A stretch of 32,000 nucleotides of DNA from Synechococcus sp. A15-28 (GCF_014280175.1 NZ_CP047931.1:1560001-1592000), one strand, 5' to 3'; positions 9,665 to 21,202 are shown, counted from the stretch's first letter. Numbers and translations: made by a program. Notes: generated by a model from the letters alone, not told the origin.

Positions 9665-10538
9665 GCCGATGCAATCCGGGGACGATGCCCTGAGGGTGTC
9701 GGTGCTGAGTGAAGCGCTGCCGTACATCCAGAGGTTCTCTGGGCGCCGCATCGTGATCAAGTACGGCGGTGCAGCCATGGCCCATGCCGAACTGCGCGAG
9801 GCGGTGTTCCGGGATCTCGCCCTGCTGGCCTGTGTCGGAGTGCAGCCGGTGGTGGTGCATGGAGGTGGCCCGGAAATCAACCAATGGCTCAAACGCCTGG
9901 AGATCCCTGCCGAATTTCGCGACGGCCTGCGGGTCACCGATGCCGACACGATGGATGTGGTGGAGATGGTGCTGGTCGGGCGGGTCAACAAGCAGATCGT
10001 CAACGGACTCAACCAGCTCGGAACGCGGGCCGTCGGCCTGAGCGGCAGCGACGGCAGGTTGGTGGAGGCACGCCCTTGGGGCGACGGCAGCCATGGGTTG
10101 GTGGGTGATGTGGCCCGCGTCAACCCGGATGTGCTGGAGCCTCTGCTGGAACGCGGCTACGTGCCGGTGATCTCCAGCGTTGCCGCCACCCCGGATGACG
10201 GCCGCGCTCACAACATCAACGCCGACACCGTGGCCGGCGAGCTGGCGGCAGCTCTCGAGGCCGAGAAGTTGATCCTGCTCACCGACACCCCTGGGATCCT
10301 GAAGGATCGGGACGATCCAGATTCTCTGATCCGTAAGTTGCGCCTCTCGGAGGCCCGTCAACTCATCGATGATGGTGTGGTGGCCGGTGGGATGACCCCG
10401 AAGACCGAGTGCTGCATTCGGGCCCTCGCACAAGGCGTTTCAGCAGCTCACATCGTCGATGGACGGGTGCCCCATGCTCTGCTGCTGGAGGTGTTCACCG
10501 ACGCCGGCATCGGCACGATGGTGGTGGGACGCGGCTGA
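9657..10538 (+). CDS. argB: acetylglutamate kinase
   Basis: 293 aa; [57 protein letters not shown]. Confidence 0.96.
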   Translation: MPEPMQSGDDALRVSVLSEALPYIQRFSGRRIVIKYGGAAMAHAELREAVFRDLALLACVGVQPVVVHGGGPEINQWLKRLEIPAEFRDGLRVTDADTMDVVEMVLVGRVNKQIVNGLNQLGTRAVGLSGSDGRLVEARPWGDGSHGLVGDVARVNPDVLEPLLERGYVPVISSVAATPDDGRAHNINADTVAGELAAALEAEKLILLTDTPGILKDRDDPDSLIRKLRLSEARQLIDDGVVAGGMTPKTECCIRALAQGVSAAHIVDGRVPHALLLEVFTDAGIGTMVVGRG

Positions 10539-10541
10539 AGC

Positions 10542-11612
10542 GTGAACGAGCAACAGGCTCCGCTGGACCTCACGGCCGCTGAAACCGCACTGGAACGCGG
10601 CGACTACGGCCAGTGCCTGGAGCTGTTGACCCCGTTGGCGGAAGCACGGCCCCTACCGGATCCCGAGGGGGCCAGAGTCCGGCTGTTGATGGTCACGGCC
10701 CTGATGGGTCGGGGGCAGGACCAGGAGGCCCTCACCATCTGTCAGCTGCTGAGCCGTTCCGGTGAACCACAGCTCCGCCAGCAGGCCCGCCAGTTGCTGA
10801 CAATCCTCGAAGCCCCCTCGTTGGACCGTCCGGAGCGGTGGTCCATGCGGCTTCCGCCCCTATCGATCCAGGCCAGTGGCGACGCCGCGCCGCTGCCGGC
10901 CCGACGACGTCACTCGCGCAAACCGCCGCCGCCACCGCCGCCGCCACCGCCGCCGCCCACAGGCCCCACCCAGGCTCCAGCCCTGGGGTTCGCCGTCCTG
11001 GTCACCGCCGTGCTGCTGGCCCTGACCGTGGTTCTCAGCGGTTGCGTTCATATGCAGGCCGACCTCACCAGCCCAGCACCGGATCGCCTGCAGCTCACCT
11101 GGGAGATCCAGAGCAGCACAGACCAACTCCTTCCCTGGCAGCAACGGTTTGAAAAGAAGCTGGAGCCGCTCCGGTCCGATCTGACGCTGGACCATCCCCA
11201 TCCAGGGGCTCAGCGGATCACCACCGCAGCCCTGCCATCGGCGACCTTCCGATCAACTCTTATCCAGGCCCTTGCACTCTTGAGCAACAGTGCCGGGATT
11301 GACCTGCCTCCCCCTCAGATCCGGCTGATCGAGCGCAACTGGCTTGTCGGAGTACAGCAGCGATTGAGCCTGCGCCTGGATCTCGATCAACTGCCTGAGC
11401 TGCCTGGCTTTGATCTGGCCCTTGAACTGAACCAAGGGCAAGTGAGCCAAACCCTTCATGGGGGGGAGTCCATCGACCTTGAGGTCAGAAGCTGGCGTTG
11501 GAACCCTCTGGGCCTGGGCAGCCTTGTGGTGGCGGTTCTGCTGCTGCTGAGTCTTCTGCTGCAGGGGGTTCGACGCCGTCTCGGATTCGGGTTCCCGGAA
11601 CTCCCCTCCTGA
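10542..11612 (+). CDS. conserved cyanobacterial protein: TPR-like N-terminus, polyproline linker, lipobox-like segment and DUF3153-like C-terminus
   Basis: 356 aa; RRHSRKPPPPPPPPPPPPTGP linker, then LVTAVLLALTVVLSGCVHMQADLTSPAPDRLQLTWEIQ, C-terminal hydrophobic segment. Confidence 0.65.
   Translation: MNEQQAPLDLTAAETALERGDYGQCLELLTPLAEARPLPDPEGARVRLLMVTALMGRGQDQEALTICQLLSRSGEPQLRQQARQLLTILEAPSLDRPERWSMRLPPLSIQASGDAAPLPARRRHSRKPPPPPPPPPPPPTGPTQAPALGFAVLVTAVLLALTVVLSGCVHMQADLTSPAPDRLQLTWEIQSSTDQLLPWQQRFEKKLEPLRSDLTLDHPHPGAQRITTAALPSATFRSTLIQALALLSNSAGIDLPPPQIRLIERNWLVGVQQRLSLRLDLDQLPELPGFDLALELNQGQVSQTLHGGESIDLEVRSWRWNPLGLGSLVVAVLLLLSLLLQGVRRRLGFGFPELPS
10924..10958 (+). repeat. CCGCCGCCA-type tandem repeat encoding polyproline
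   Basis: ccgccgccgccaccgccgccgccaccgccgccgcc read directly. Confidence 0.85.
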
Positions 11613-11613
11613 C

Positions 11614-13857
11614 CTACAACTCCAGCGGATCAGGGTCCACAGCAAGAGCCACACCGCGGGGAAGTTCGTCCCAGAGGGTCTGTCCAGGGGGAAGCGGCAG
11701 TGCGGAGCCCACCGGACCATGGAGCAGCAACTGCCAACGGCTGCGCCTAGCCACCCGTGCCACCGGGGCTGGCGCCGGCCCCAGCAACCACCAGCCACGG
11801 TCGCGACAGAGAGGTCGAACCCGCTCCGCCAGAACCGATGCGGCCGTGGCTGTGGCGCTGGCGGACTCACCGGACAACCGCAGCAGACAGGCGCGGCTGA
11901 ATGGAACCAGCCCCGCCTCCCGCCGCAACTGCTCCTCCTGGGCCAGGAAATCTTCGTAGCGGCCATCCACCAGGTGGCGAATCACTGGATGGTCCGGGCA
12001 GTAGGTCTGCACCAGCACCTGACCGGGGCGTTCCCCCCGCCCGGCGCGACCCGCCAGCTGCATCAGCAATTGCAGAGCCTGCTCGGAGGCCCGTAAATCG
12101 GGCCGGTGCAACAGGCCATCGGCTGCCAGCACCGCCGCCAGCGTCACCTGGGGAAGGTCCATGCCCTTGGCCAGCATCTGGGTTCCGATCAACACATCCG
12201 CCTCGCCGGAGGCAAAGCGATCCAGCAAGCGTCGGTGCCCATCACGGCCGCCGGTGGAGTCCCGGTCGAAGCGAAGCAACCGCAGCCCGTCCAATTCCCC
12301 AGCGAGCAACTCCATGACCCTCTGGGTTCCAGCGCCAAAGGGTTTGAAGGCGGTGGATCCGCAATGGGAGCAGCGGTTGCCGATGTCATCCCGGTGATCA
12401 CACCAGTGACACCGCAGCCACTCACGACCGCCGGAACCGCGATGGACCGTGAGCGCCACATCACAGTTGGGGCACATCACCACCTCCCCGCAGCTGCGGC
12501 ACCCCAGAAACGGGCTGTAGCCCCGTCTCGGCACCAGAATCACCGCCTGTTCCCCCTTCTCCGGCAGCGCCGCCAACCGCTCCATCAGCGGACGACTGAT
12601 CAGTCGACGGTGGCCATCGGCAAGCTCATGCCGCATGTCCACCACATGGACCGGAGGAAGGGACTGCTGGGAGATCCGCTGGGTCAACCGCCCCAGATGC
12701 AATGGCCCATCGGGACGAAGTTGCACCCAGCTGTCCAGGGATGGGGTGGCGCTGCCCAGCACCAGACGCCCACCATCAGCACCGATCCGATCGAAGGCCA
12801 GATCCCTGGCGTGATAACAGGGCATCGGGGCATCCTGCTTGTAGGAACTGTCGTGTTCCTCATCCAGCACCACCAACCCCAGCGGCGTCAGTGGAATGAA
12901 CACCGCGGAGCGCGTTCCCACCACCAGCAACGGCTGATCGGGCTCCAGGCAGCGGCGCCACACCTGGAGGCGCTCCCGATCACGACATCCGCTGTGATAT
13001 TCGAGAACCCTGGAGCCGAAGCGGCGCCGACACCGATCCACCAACTGCGGAATCAGGCCGATCTCTGGGGTGAGCATCAGCACGTGACGGCCGGCCGCCA
13101 ACTCCTGCTCCGCCAACTGCAGGTACACCTCCGTCTTGCCGGAACCGGTGATGCCCCAGAGCAGCATCCCCTCTCCATCGGGAACGGCCTTGAAGCACTG
13201 CATCACCTGCTCCTGCTCGCGGGTGAGGGGCCTGGCGGCCTCCAGCGGAGTGGTGGATGACGGGCCTGCGGACTGGATGCGCCGCTCCCGGCGAACCCAG
13301 CCCTTCGTTTCCAGGGAACGGACCATCGCGGGGCTGAACCCCGATGCTTCCAACGAGCGCTGCCACAGTCCTGCCCCTGCGGCATCGAGCGCACCGAGAA
13401 GATCCTGCTGACGGGGAGTGAGGCTGGGAGTGGGCTCAGGAGGCTGCACCCGCTCCACCCACAACAGGGCACGCCCCTCCGAAAGGGAGCGAGCCTGGCC
13501 CAGCCAACCGGGGGGAAGGGCCGCTTTCAGCGTCCGGAACACGCTGAGATGACAGCGCTCAGCCACACCCTCAAGCCAGAGGCGCCACCGAGGGTCCACA
13601 GCCGCCCGCTGAATGAGACGCTCCACCGCCTGCACCTTGCCGGGCACCGTGGAATCCGGAGCTGGAGTGCGCTGGGAGACCACCAGTCCATGCAGAGGTC
13701 GGCCCCTCAACCGCACCCGCACCAGATCGCCCGCCTTCAATCCAAGGGTCTGATCGGCGCTGTAGGTGAACGTGCTGCCTTCACGCCCAGCCTCGAGCCA
13801 GACCTCAACGAGGTCAAACGGCGCGTCAGCTGGGTTGCAAAGGCCTGAAAACTTCAT
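11614..13857 (-). CDS. priA: primosomal protein N' (replication restart helicase)
   Basis: LLWGITGSGKTEVYLQLAEQ, LDEEHDSSYKQ, LILVPRRGYSPFLGCRSCGEVVMCPNCDVALTVH zinc-binding Cys pairs. Track ORF extends to 14007; internal ATG at 13857 gives the MKFSGL start. Confidence 0.93.
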   Translation of the reverse strand: MKFSGLCNPADAPFDLVEVWLEAGREGSTFTYSADQTLGLKAGDLVRVRLRGRPLHGLVVSQRTPAPDSTVPGKVQAVERLIQRAAVDPRWRLWLEGVAERCHLSVFRTLKAALPPGWLGQARSLSEGRALLWVERVQPPEPTPSLTPRQQDLLGALDAAGAGLWQRSLEASGFSPAMVRSLETKGWVRRERRIQSAGPSSTTPLEAARPLTREQEQVMQCFKAVPDGEGMLLWGITGSGKTEVYLQLAEQELAAGRHVLMLTPEIGLIPQLVDRCRRRFGSRVLEYHSGCRDRERLQVWRRCLEPDQPLLVVGTRSAVFIPLTPLGLVVLDEEHDSSYKQDAPMPCYHARDLAFDRIGADGGRLVLGSATPSLDSWVQLRPDGPLHLGRLTQRISQQSLPPVHVVDMRHELADGHRRLISRPLMERLAALPEKGEQAVILVPRRGYSPFLGCRSCGEVVMCPNCDVALTVHRGSGGREWLRCHWCDHRDDIGNRCSHCGSTAFKPFGAGTQRVMELLAGELDGLRLLRFDRDSTGGRDGHRRLLDRFASGEADVLIGTQMLAKGMDLPQVTLAAVLAADGLLHRPDLRASEQALQLLMQLAGRAGRGERPGQVLVQTYCPDHPVIRHLVDGRYEDFLAQEEQLRREAGLVPFSRACLLRLSGESASATATAASVLAERVRPLCRDRGWWLLGPAPAPVARVARRSRWQLLLHGPVGSALPLPPGQTLWDELPRGVALAVDPDPLEL

Positions 13858-14172
13858 TAAGGTGAGAATGTTGACTATGTATTGGTCAACACTGCGCTCG
13901 ATCCAGAGGGAAGACACGCAGTCTGAAGTCAGGGCCATGGTCCTGCCACTTCGACCGGTCTGAGACCACCCCGGACGGCACAGAACCCTGATCCAAGAGA
14001 CCACCAACGGTCACCGCCACAGTTTTCCATTGATCACCAGCGACATTCTTCAACGCGGCTCTGCCGTTGAGATCTGAGTTGCTTGGACGTCGTCAGGGTC
14101 TTCCTTCCCATGAAGGAAGACCTCGGTCATGGGTGCTGTTCTCCGTCTTCTCGTCTTCTCGCGTCATTGACC

Positions 14173-15576
<1,404 letters not shown>

Positions 15577-15768
15577 GAGCTGGCTGAGCCTCAGGGCTCC
15601 ATTCCCGGCAGCAACTTGACCAGCAGCCAGACGCAGAGAATGATCGCCACCAGCACGTAAGCCTCGTTCACTGCACCACCCCGGGAGGCCCCAGTCTGGC
15701 AAGAATTCCCCCATCACATAAGTACAACTGCACCTATCGGGGCTGCCCTCGCCGCCGTATAAGAGTGA

Positions 15769-15834
15769 AGAGGGAATTGAGACGCCCTCCTCACACGGAA
15801 GAGATCAAACCCTGGCGCAAACCGGGGTTTTTTT
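15769..15834 (+). ncRNA. candidate Yfr1-like small RNA
   Basis: CCTCCTCACAC matches 10 of 11 bases of the recalled Yfr1 core ACUCCUCACAC; upstream TATAAG (15758-15763), 5' GAGGG/CCCTC hairpin, 3' AAACCCTGG-cgcaaa-CCGGGGTTT hairpin with T-run. Ends approximate. Confidence 0.5.
15807..15834 (+). terminator. rho-independent terminator hairpin
   Basis: AAACCCTGG (15807-15815), 6-nt loop, CCGGGGTTT (15822-15830) with one T-G wobble, followed by further T residues. Confidence 0.75.
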
Positions 15835-15883
15835 CTGAATGGCTATGCGGTCATTCACTGAGCAGAGCAACTCCAACCGGTGT

Positions 15884-16333
15884 TCACTCCTCGAAATTCT
15901 CCGTGAACTCCTGAAAGGCCCGCTTGAGCCGCTCCACCGGTGTTTCTTCCAAGGGGCATTCCTGGGAGGTCTGGGTTGCGTAAGCCTGCAGGAGCATCCC
16001 GTCGGGTTCGAGAACCGATGCCACAGCATGTTTGAACAACACCACGTTGCTCTGAGGAGTGAGTCCGCTGAGGAAGGGGGCCAACGTGAAGCCTTCGGTG
16101 GCGCCTTCCTTCCCTTGCACCCGCCGGGGACGGATCAACTGATAAGCGGGCTGACCATCACTGTCGGTCGTGGTGCGCAACCGTGCCATCAGCAGATCAC
16201 CACTGCTCAACAGCAGCAAACGGATCGTGCCCTCCGCCATCAGGGGCAGCCGGGGCTCTTCCGGGGAACCATCGGATAATGAGGAACTGGACAACGTGGA
16301 TTGGCGTACACCGTTCACAACTGGACCTGGCAT
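15884..16333 (-). CDS. conserved hypothetical protein
   Basis: 149 aa; no recognised domain; C-terminal ETPVERLKRAFQEFTENFEE. Confidence 0.6.
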   Translation of the reverse strand: MPGPVVNGVRQSTLSSSSLSDGSPEEPRLPLMAEGTIRLLLLSSGDLLMARLRTTTDSDGQPAYQLIRPRRVQGKEGATEGFTLAPFLSGLTPQSNVVLFKHAVASVLEPDGMLLQAYATQTSQECPLEETPVERLKRAFQEFTENFEE

Positions 16334-16459
16334 ACGTCAAAGGGTTAGAGGTGACAATGTTACGCACTATTCACAGAGCCTTGATCCACCGCAGCTGCTT
16401 CACATTCACGGTGTGGGAGACCTTGAGTCCGTAGTCTGGGCGGCTGATTCGCCCGCTTC

Positions 16460-17413
16460 ATGGCTCTCACCGAACTGCGCATCGCCTCACGACGCAGCCA
16501 GCTGGCCATGGTGCAGACCAACTGGGTCAAGTCGGAACTGGAGAAGGCCCATCCGGGCTTGAAGATCACTGTTGAGGCCATGGCCACCCAGGGCGACAAG
16601 ATCCTGGATGTCGCCCTGGCCAAGATCGGCGACAAGGGCCTGTTCACCAAGGAACTGGAAGTCCAGATGCTGGTGGATCGTGCAGACATCGCCGTCCACT
16701 CCCTCAAGGATCTCCCAACCAACCTTCCCGAAGGCCTGATGCTCGGCTGCATCACCGAACGGGAAGACCCCGCTGACGCGCTGGTGGTGAATGCCAAGAA
16801 TCAGGCCTACAAACTCGAGACGCTTCCCGAAGGAGCGGTGGTGGGAACCAGTTCCCTGCGCCGCCTGGCACAGCTCCGGCACCACTACCCGCACCTGATC
16901 TTCAAGGACGTGCGGGGCAATGTGATCACCCGACTGGAGAAATTGGACCGCGGCGATTACGACTGCCTGATCCTGGCCGCCGCTGGACTCGGCCGCCTTG
17001 GCTTCGCCGATCGGATTCACCAACTGATCCCTGGCGACATCTCCCTGCACGCCGTTGGACAGGGAGCCCTTGGGATTGAATGCGTGGAGGGCAAGCCTGA
17101 AGTACTGGAGGCGATCAAAGTGCTGGAGCACAGCACCACCTCCCGTCGCTGTCTGGCGGAACGTGCCTTCCTGCGGGAGCTGGAGGGCGGTTGCCAGGTG
17201 CCGATCGGCGTCAACAGCCAGATCAACAACGATGAGCTCGTCCTCACGGGGATGGTGGCCAGCCTCGATGGCAAGCGTCTGATCCGTGATCAAGCCAGTG
17301 GTGCTGCAAATGAGCCCGAGTCCATCGGTATCGAACTGGCCGGCAAGCTCAAGCAGCAGGGCGCAGGGGCCATCCTGAAGGAAATCTTCGACGAGGTCCG
17401 CCCTGAAGCCTGA
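16460..17413 (+). CDS. hemC: porphobilinogen deaminase (hydroxymethylbilane synthase)
   Basis: 317 aa; [70 protein letters not shown]. Confidence 0.97.
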   Translation: MALTELRIASRRSQLAMVQTNWVKSELEKAHPGLKITVEAMATQGDKILDVALAKIGDKGLFTKELEVQMLVDRADIAVHSLKDLPTNLPEGLMLGCITEREDPADALVVNAKNQAYKLETLPEGAVVGTSSLRRLAQLRHHYPHLIFKDVRGNVITRLEKLDRGDYDCLILAAAGLGRLGFADRIHQLIPGDISLHAVGQGALGIECVEGKPEVLEAIKVLEHSTTSRRCLAERAFLRELEGGCQVPIGVNSQINNDELVLTGMVASLDGKRLIRDQASGAANEPESIGIELAGKLKQQGAGAILKEIFDEVRPEA

Positions 17414-17911
17414 TCAGCCCTGAATCTGCAGCGGTGTCCCCACCTCAACAACATCAAAGAGTTCACGGATGTGGGCGTTGAGCATGCGCACACATCCGAG
17501 GCTGACCGCCGCCCTGGTCCTGACCCAATGGGGCCAGGGTGTGCCGTGAATCCCGAATTCACCGCGATCACCGCGATGGAAACCGAGGTAGCGATCGCCG
17601 ATCGGGCTTGACGGTCCCACCAGCTTGCGGGGTTTTCCCCCCTTGGTGGAAAGGTACACGGGGTTGGTCTGCTTCGAGAGGATGGAAAAGGTCCCCTTGG
17701 GTTTCGGCGTCCGGGGATCGCCGATGGCGACAGGCCATGGCCCCCAGCGCTGCCCTGCTCGGACCACCGTGATCTGTCGCTGCTCTAGATCGAGCACGAT
17801 CCTGGTGTCGGATGGCTTCCGCAGAGCCAGCTCCTGGGCCGCCACGGGCGCCATCAAGCCCGCGGAGGCGACCATTCCTGCAACAACAGCAGCAGCAGAG
17901 ATCCGCTTCAA
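17414..17911 (-). CDS. L,D-transpeptidase (YkuD-like), secreted
   Basis: 165 aa; signal peptide, DLEQRQITVVRAGQRWGPWPVAIGDPRTPKPKGTF and catalytic FGIHGTPWPHWVRTRAAVSLGCVRM (HGT...SxGCVR). Confidence 0.9.
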   Translation of the reverse strand: MKRISAAAVVAGMVASAGLMAPVAAQELALRKPSDTRIVLDLEQRQITVVRAGQRWGPWPVAIGDPRTPKPKGTFSILSKQTNPVYLSTKGGKPRKLVGPSSPIGDRYLGFHRGDRGEFGIHGTPWPHWVRTRAAVSLGCVRMLNAHIRELFDVVEVGTPLQIQG

Positions 17912-18061
17912 GACTCATGAGACCCGCTTGTCTCAAGCTATGCAGACTCGAGTGGAAAATCAGCACAAAAGCTGTTTTAGCGGCGTTTTTAAGATTTTCT
18001 CCGGCCTGACCGACAAGACGACTGAGACAGGTCCACCGGTTGATCCTTTTACGCTCATGCC

Positions 18062-18952
18062 ATGACCTCCCTGGCAGATCCCACCTCAGCCGGCAGCCCG
18101 CACCTGCCTCGATTGCTGAGCGGCACAGAACGCGAGGCAGCCATGGAACGGCTGAGCGTGGAGTTCGCCGCCCTGAGCAGCAGCAAACGCGCTTTCCTGC
18201 GGGCAGCCTGGATTCTGCAACGCCAGGGGGTCCTGGTGGTGCGTCATGTCGTGCCCCCAGAGCCCCTGAAAGCCATCAACGCCGAGGTGAATCAACTGCT
18301 GGCGCAGTTGGACGCGGGGAAAACCAAACAGCTGGCCTCCAAGGCCATCCTCAACCTGCCGAACAAGCGACGGATCAAGGGCTACGAGAACTTCGTGGAT
18401 GCTGAACAAGCCGTCATCAACCACCGGGTGAACAGCCCGGATGGCCGCAGCGGCAGCGATGCCGGCATGGTGGACATCTTTCATCCGGAGCGCCTCAGTG
18501 AGGCCATGGCGGAATGGGTGACGACCTGCCTGCACGAGTGCCTGATCAGCCGACTGCTGCTGGCCTCATCGCTGCTGCCGATGCGGGTGAAGTGCCGCAA
18601 CCTCTACATCAACCGCGGCGTGCGGGACACCCGGGGTTACCACTGCGACGGCCGATCGCAGAAGTTCAAGTCCTTCGTCTTCCTGACGGACGTTCGGGAC
18701 CTCAGCGATGGACCCTACTGCTACGTCCCTGTCACGCACCGGGATCGACGTTCCTGGAAACGCAGCAGCCAGTTCAATGAAGCCAATGGCCTCAACCGGC
18801 ATGAATACAGCCAACTGCAGGGGCTTGATGCTTTGCCGCTGTTGGCAAAGGCCGGAGACATGGTGATCTCCAGCCAACGGGGTGCCCATCGCGGCCATCC
18901 CCAACAGCCTCAGGCCAAACGGGCAGTGCTGGTGAACATGTACCAGCGCTAG
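18062..18952 (+). CDS. 2OG-Fe(II) dioxygenase, phytanoyl-CoA hydroxylase-like
   Basis: 296 aa; HxD-like YHCDGR and distal GAHRGHPQQPQAKRAVL. Confidence 0.65.
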   Translation: MTSLADPTSAGSPHLPRLLSGTEREAAMERLSVEFAALSSSKRAFLRAAWILQRQGVLVVRHVVPPEPLKAINAEVNQLLAQLDAGKTKQLASKAILNLPNKRRIKGYENFVDAEQAVINHRVNSPDGRSGSDAGMVDIFHPERLSEAMAEWVTTCLHECLISRLLLASSLLPMRVKCRNLYINRGVRDTRGYHCDGRSQKFKSFVFLTDVRDLSDGPYCYVPVTHRDRRSWKRSSQFNEANGLNRHEYSQLQGLDALPLLAKAGDMVISSQRGAHRGHPQQPQAKRAVLVNMYQR

Positions 18953-18975
18953 AGGCGGGGACCCTCAGTGGTGGA

Positions 18976-19563
18976 TCATTCCACCAGCTTGGAGTCGATC
19001 TCAGCCATGTAGCGCGCTTCGCAGCCTTTGATGATCTCCACCGCCTTCTCCGTGCCGAAGAATCCATTCACGCTGCAGGTGCCGGGCTTCTTGAGGTCCT
19101 TGTAGTGCTCCCAGTAGTAGGTGGTTTCCTTCTTCCAGTGCTCGCCGAGGTCTTCGAAACTCTTGATGTGATCCATCCGCTTGTCGTCGGCAAGCACGGC
19201 GATCACCTTGTCATCCACATCACCACCATCGTCGAAGGTCATCACGCCGATGATGCGAGCTTCAACGATGGAGCCGGGAACCAATGGCTCAGTGACGTTG
19301 ACGATTTCAATGTCGAGGGGGTCGCCGTCTTCATCCCAGGTGCGGGGAATGCAGCCGTAGGCGAAGGGGTAAGCCAGGGAGGAATAACCGACACGATCCA
19401 GCTTCAGATGGCCGGTTTCCGTGATCAGCTCGTACTTGTTGATCGTGTTGGAGTTGAGCTCCACGATCGTGTTGAGGCGAAGTTCGGCTTCATCAGCGAA
19501 GGCCGGCAGCACATGCAGCAGGTTGGGCATGCTGCGGCTTGGAGCTTTATCGAGGTTGGCCAT
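18976..19563 (-). CDS. ppa: inorganic pyrophosphatase (canonical active site)
   Basis: 195 aa; IVELNSNTINKYELI, LDRVGYSSLAYPFAYGCIPRT, DGDPLDIEIV, VDDKVIAV, EHYKDLK. Confidence 0.95.
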   Translation of the reverse strand: MANLDKAPSRSMPNLLHVLPAFADEAELRLNTIVELNSNTINKYELITETGHLKLDRVGYSSLAYPFAYGCIPRTWDEDGDPLDIEIVNVTEPLVPGSIVEARIIGVMTFDDGGDVDDKVIAVLADDKRMDHIKSFEDLGEHWKKETTYYWEHYKDLKKPGTCSVNGFFGTEKAVEIIKGCEARYMAEIDSKLVE

Positions 19564-19629
19564 TGATGGCGGACGACAGCGCCGGGATCCTACGGGCAGC
19601 CCGACCGATCCCTGGAGCGAGACCGCTAT

Positions 19630-19678
19630 GGCACGAAATCTTCAATATAAATTCACTTAATTAACCCGATATCGTGCC
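19630..19678. promoter_or_regulatory. inverted repeat upstream of ppa
   Basis: GGCACGAaATC (19630-19640) and GATaTCGTGCC (19668-19678) flank a 27-nt AT-rich spacer. Confidence 0.5.
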
Positions 19679-19687
19679 GGCCATGGA

Positions 19688-21202
19688 TCAAGTCCTCTGC
19701 AGGGCCTGAACCTTGCCTATCACATGCTGCAGAAAAGCCGTGCTGTCCAGTGGACGTCCTGAGACCTGGAGCACAAGATCCTCTGCGTTCAAGGCGCGAC
19801 CCACCGGATGCACATGCCGCCGCAACCAACCCAGCATCGGCGTGATGTCACCGCTGGCGACATGGTCCTCAGGGGCGCCGATCTCGGTGGCCATCGCTTC
19901 GCTCAACTGGGCACTGATCAGATGTCCCAGCAGATAGGAGGGGAAGTAGCCGAACAGGCCTTCGCTCCAGTGCACGTCCTGCAGACAGCCCTCTGAATGA
20001 TTGGAGGGCGTGACGCCGAGCATGTCGCGGTAGCGGCGGTTCCACTCCGCCGGCAGATCCGCCACCTCGAGCCCTTGCTCCAGCAGGGCGATCTCGAGAT
20101 CCGTCCGAATCAGGATATGGAGGCCATAACTGAGCTCATCGGCCTCGACGCGATTCAGGCCCGGCGCCAGAGGGTTCATGGCTTGCCAGAGATCCTCGGC
20201 CCCATCGAGGGGCGCACCGACCTCGGCGAATTGCGTCCACCACTGCTCCGCGAAAGGACGGCTGCGGGCCACCCGGTTTTCCCAGAACAGCGACTGACTC
20301 TCGTGCACAGCCATGGACGTCGCCTGACCGAGGGGCCAGGCAAACCATTGATGACTTTGATCCGGCAAACCCTGTTCGTAGAGGGAATGCCCCCACTCAT
20401 GGGCCGTCGCCAGAAAACAGGACAGGGGCTGCCCCCTCACCACCCGGGTGGTGATGCGGTAGTCGGCTGGCCCCAATGTGATGGAAAAGGGATGGGGCGA
20501 ACGTGCCACGCAGGTGATTGATGGATCGCGACCCCAGCTCTTCAAAAGCTCGTCACAGAGATGCTGCTGGGCCGTCTCCGGCAGGTCCCAGCTAGCGGTT
20601 CTGGAGCGGGGAGACGAGGCGCTCTCTGCCACCAGTTCCGGCAAGGCCTGGCGCAGGGGGGCGAACACCTCCTGCAGACGCGTGAGGCTGAGGTCTGGCT
20701 CAAAGGGCTGCGCCAGGGTTTCCCAGCAGGACCGGGGCTCGGCCAGTTGACGGGCCTGCTCCTGCCGCAGCTGGATCAAGCTCTGCAACGCCGGCGCGAA
20801 CTGGGAGAAGTCAGCCGCGGCCCGGGCCTGTTGCCACTGGTTGTAACCATTCGCTTTGGCGGTGGCGAGGGCCGCCACCAGAGCGGGATCCAGGGATTGC
20901 TGGCGGCGCAGATCCTCTTCCAGCAGATCGAGATTGCGCCCCCGCGGGCCATGGTCATCGGTGTCTGTCTGCAGGTTCCATTCCTCACGGGCTGCATTGA
21001 TGAGCTCGGCGTAGTGCGCGGAGCTCTGCCGGGCATGCAGCTGGGTCGCCAGCAGGGTCAGCTGCTCCCCACGCCAGGCAGCACCACCACTGGGCATGCG
21101 GGTGTTCTGATCCCAGTAGAGGGTGCTCTGGATCGACCCGATGATCTGGGTTTCCCGCAGATGCTCACCGAGACGACTCCAGGCCGGTGACGCGGGCAGC
21201 AT
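19688..21202 (-). CDS. M32 family metallocarboxypeptidase (carboxypeptidase Taq-like)
   Basis: 504 aa; STLYWDQNTRMPSGG, zinc-binding HEWGHSLYEQGL, HESQSLFWEN. Confidence 0.93.
   Translation of the reverse strand: MLPASPAWSRLGEHLRETQIIGSIQSTLYWDQNTRMPSGGAAWRGEQLTLLATQLHARQSSAHYAELINAAREEWNLQTDTDDHGPRGRNLDLLEEDLRRQQSLDPALVAALATAKANGYNQWQQARAAADFSQFAPALQSLIQLRQEQARQLAEPRSCWETLAQPFEPDLSLTRLQEVFAPLRQALPELVAESASSPRSRTASWDLPETAQQHLCDELLKSWGRDPSITCVARSPHPFSITLGPADYRITTRVVRGQPLSCFLATAHEWGHSLYEQGLPDQSHQWFAWPLGQATSMAVHESQSLFWENRVARSRPFAEQWWTQFAEVGAPLDGAEDLWQAMNPLAPGLNRVEADELSYGLHILIRTDLEIALLEQGLEVADLPAEWNRRYRDMLGVTPSNHSEGCLQDVHWSEGLFGYFPSYLLGHLISAQLSEAMATEIGAPEDHVASGDITPMLGWLRRHVHPVGRALNAEDLVLQVSGRPLDSTAFLQHVIGKVQALQRT

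Noticed and set aside
12106-13260. 384-aa plus-strand ORF
   Set aside because: Antisense to priA, which has unambiguous helicase motifs; a GC-driven shadow ORF.
17900-18061. AT-rich gap between the L,D-transpeptidase and dioxygenase genes as an sRNA locus
   Set aside because: No convincing hairpin-plus-T-tract or promoter pair; probably just divergent promoters.
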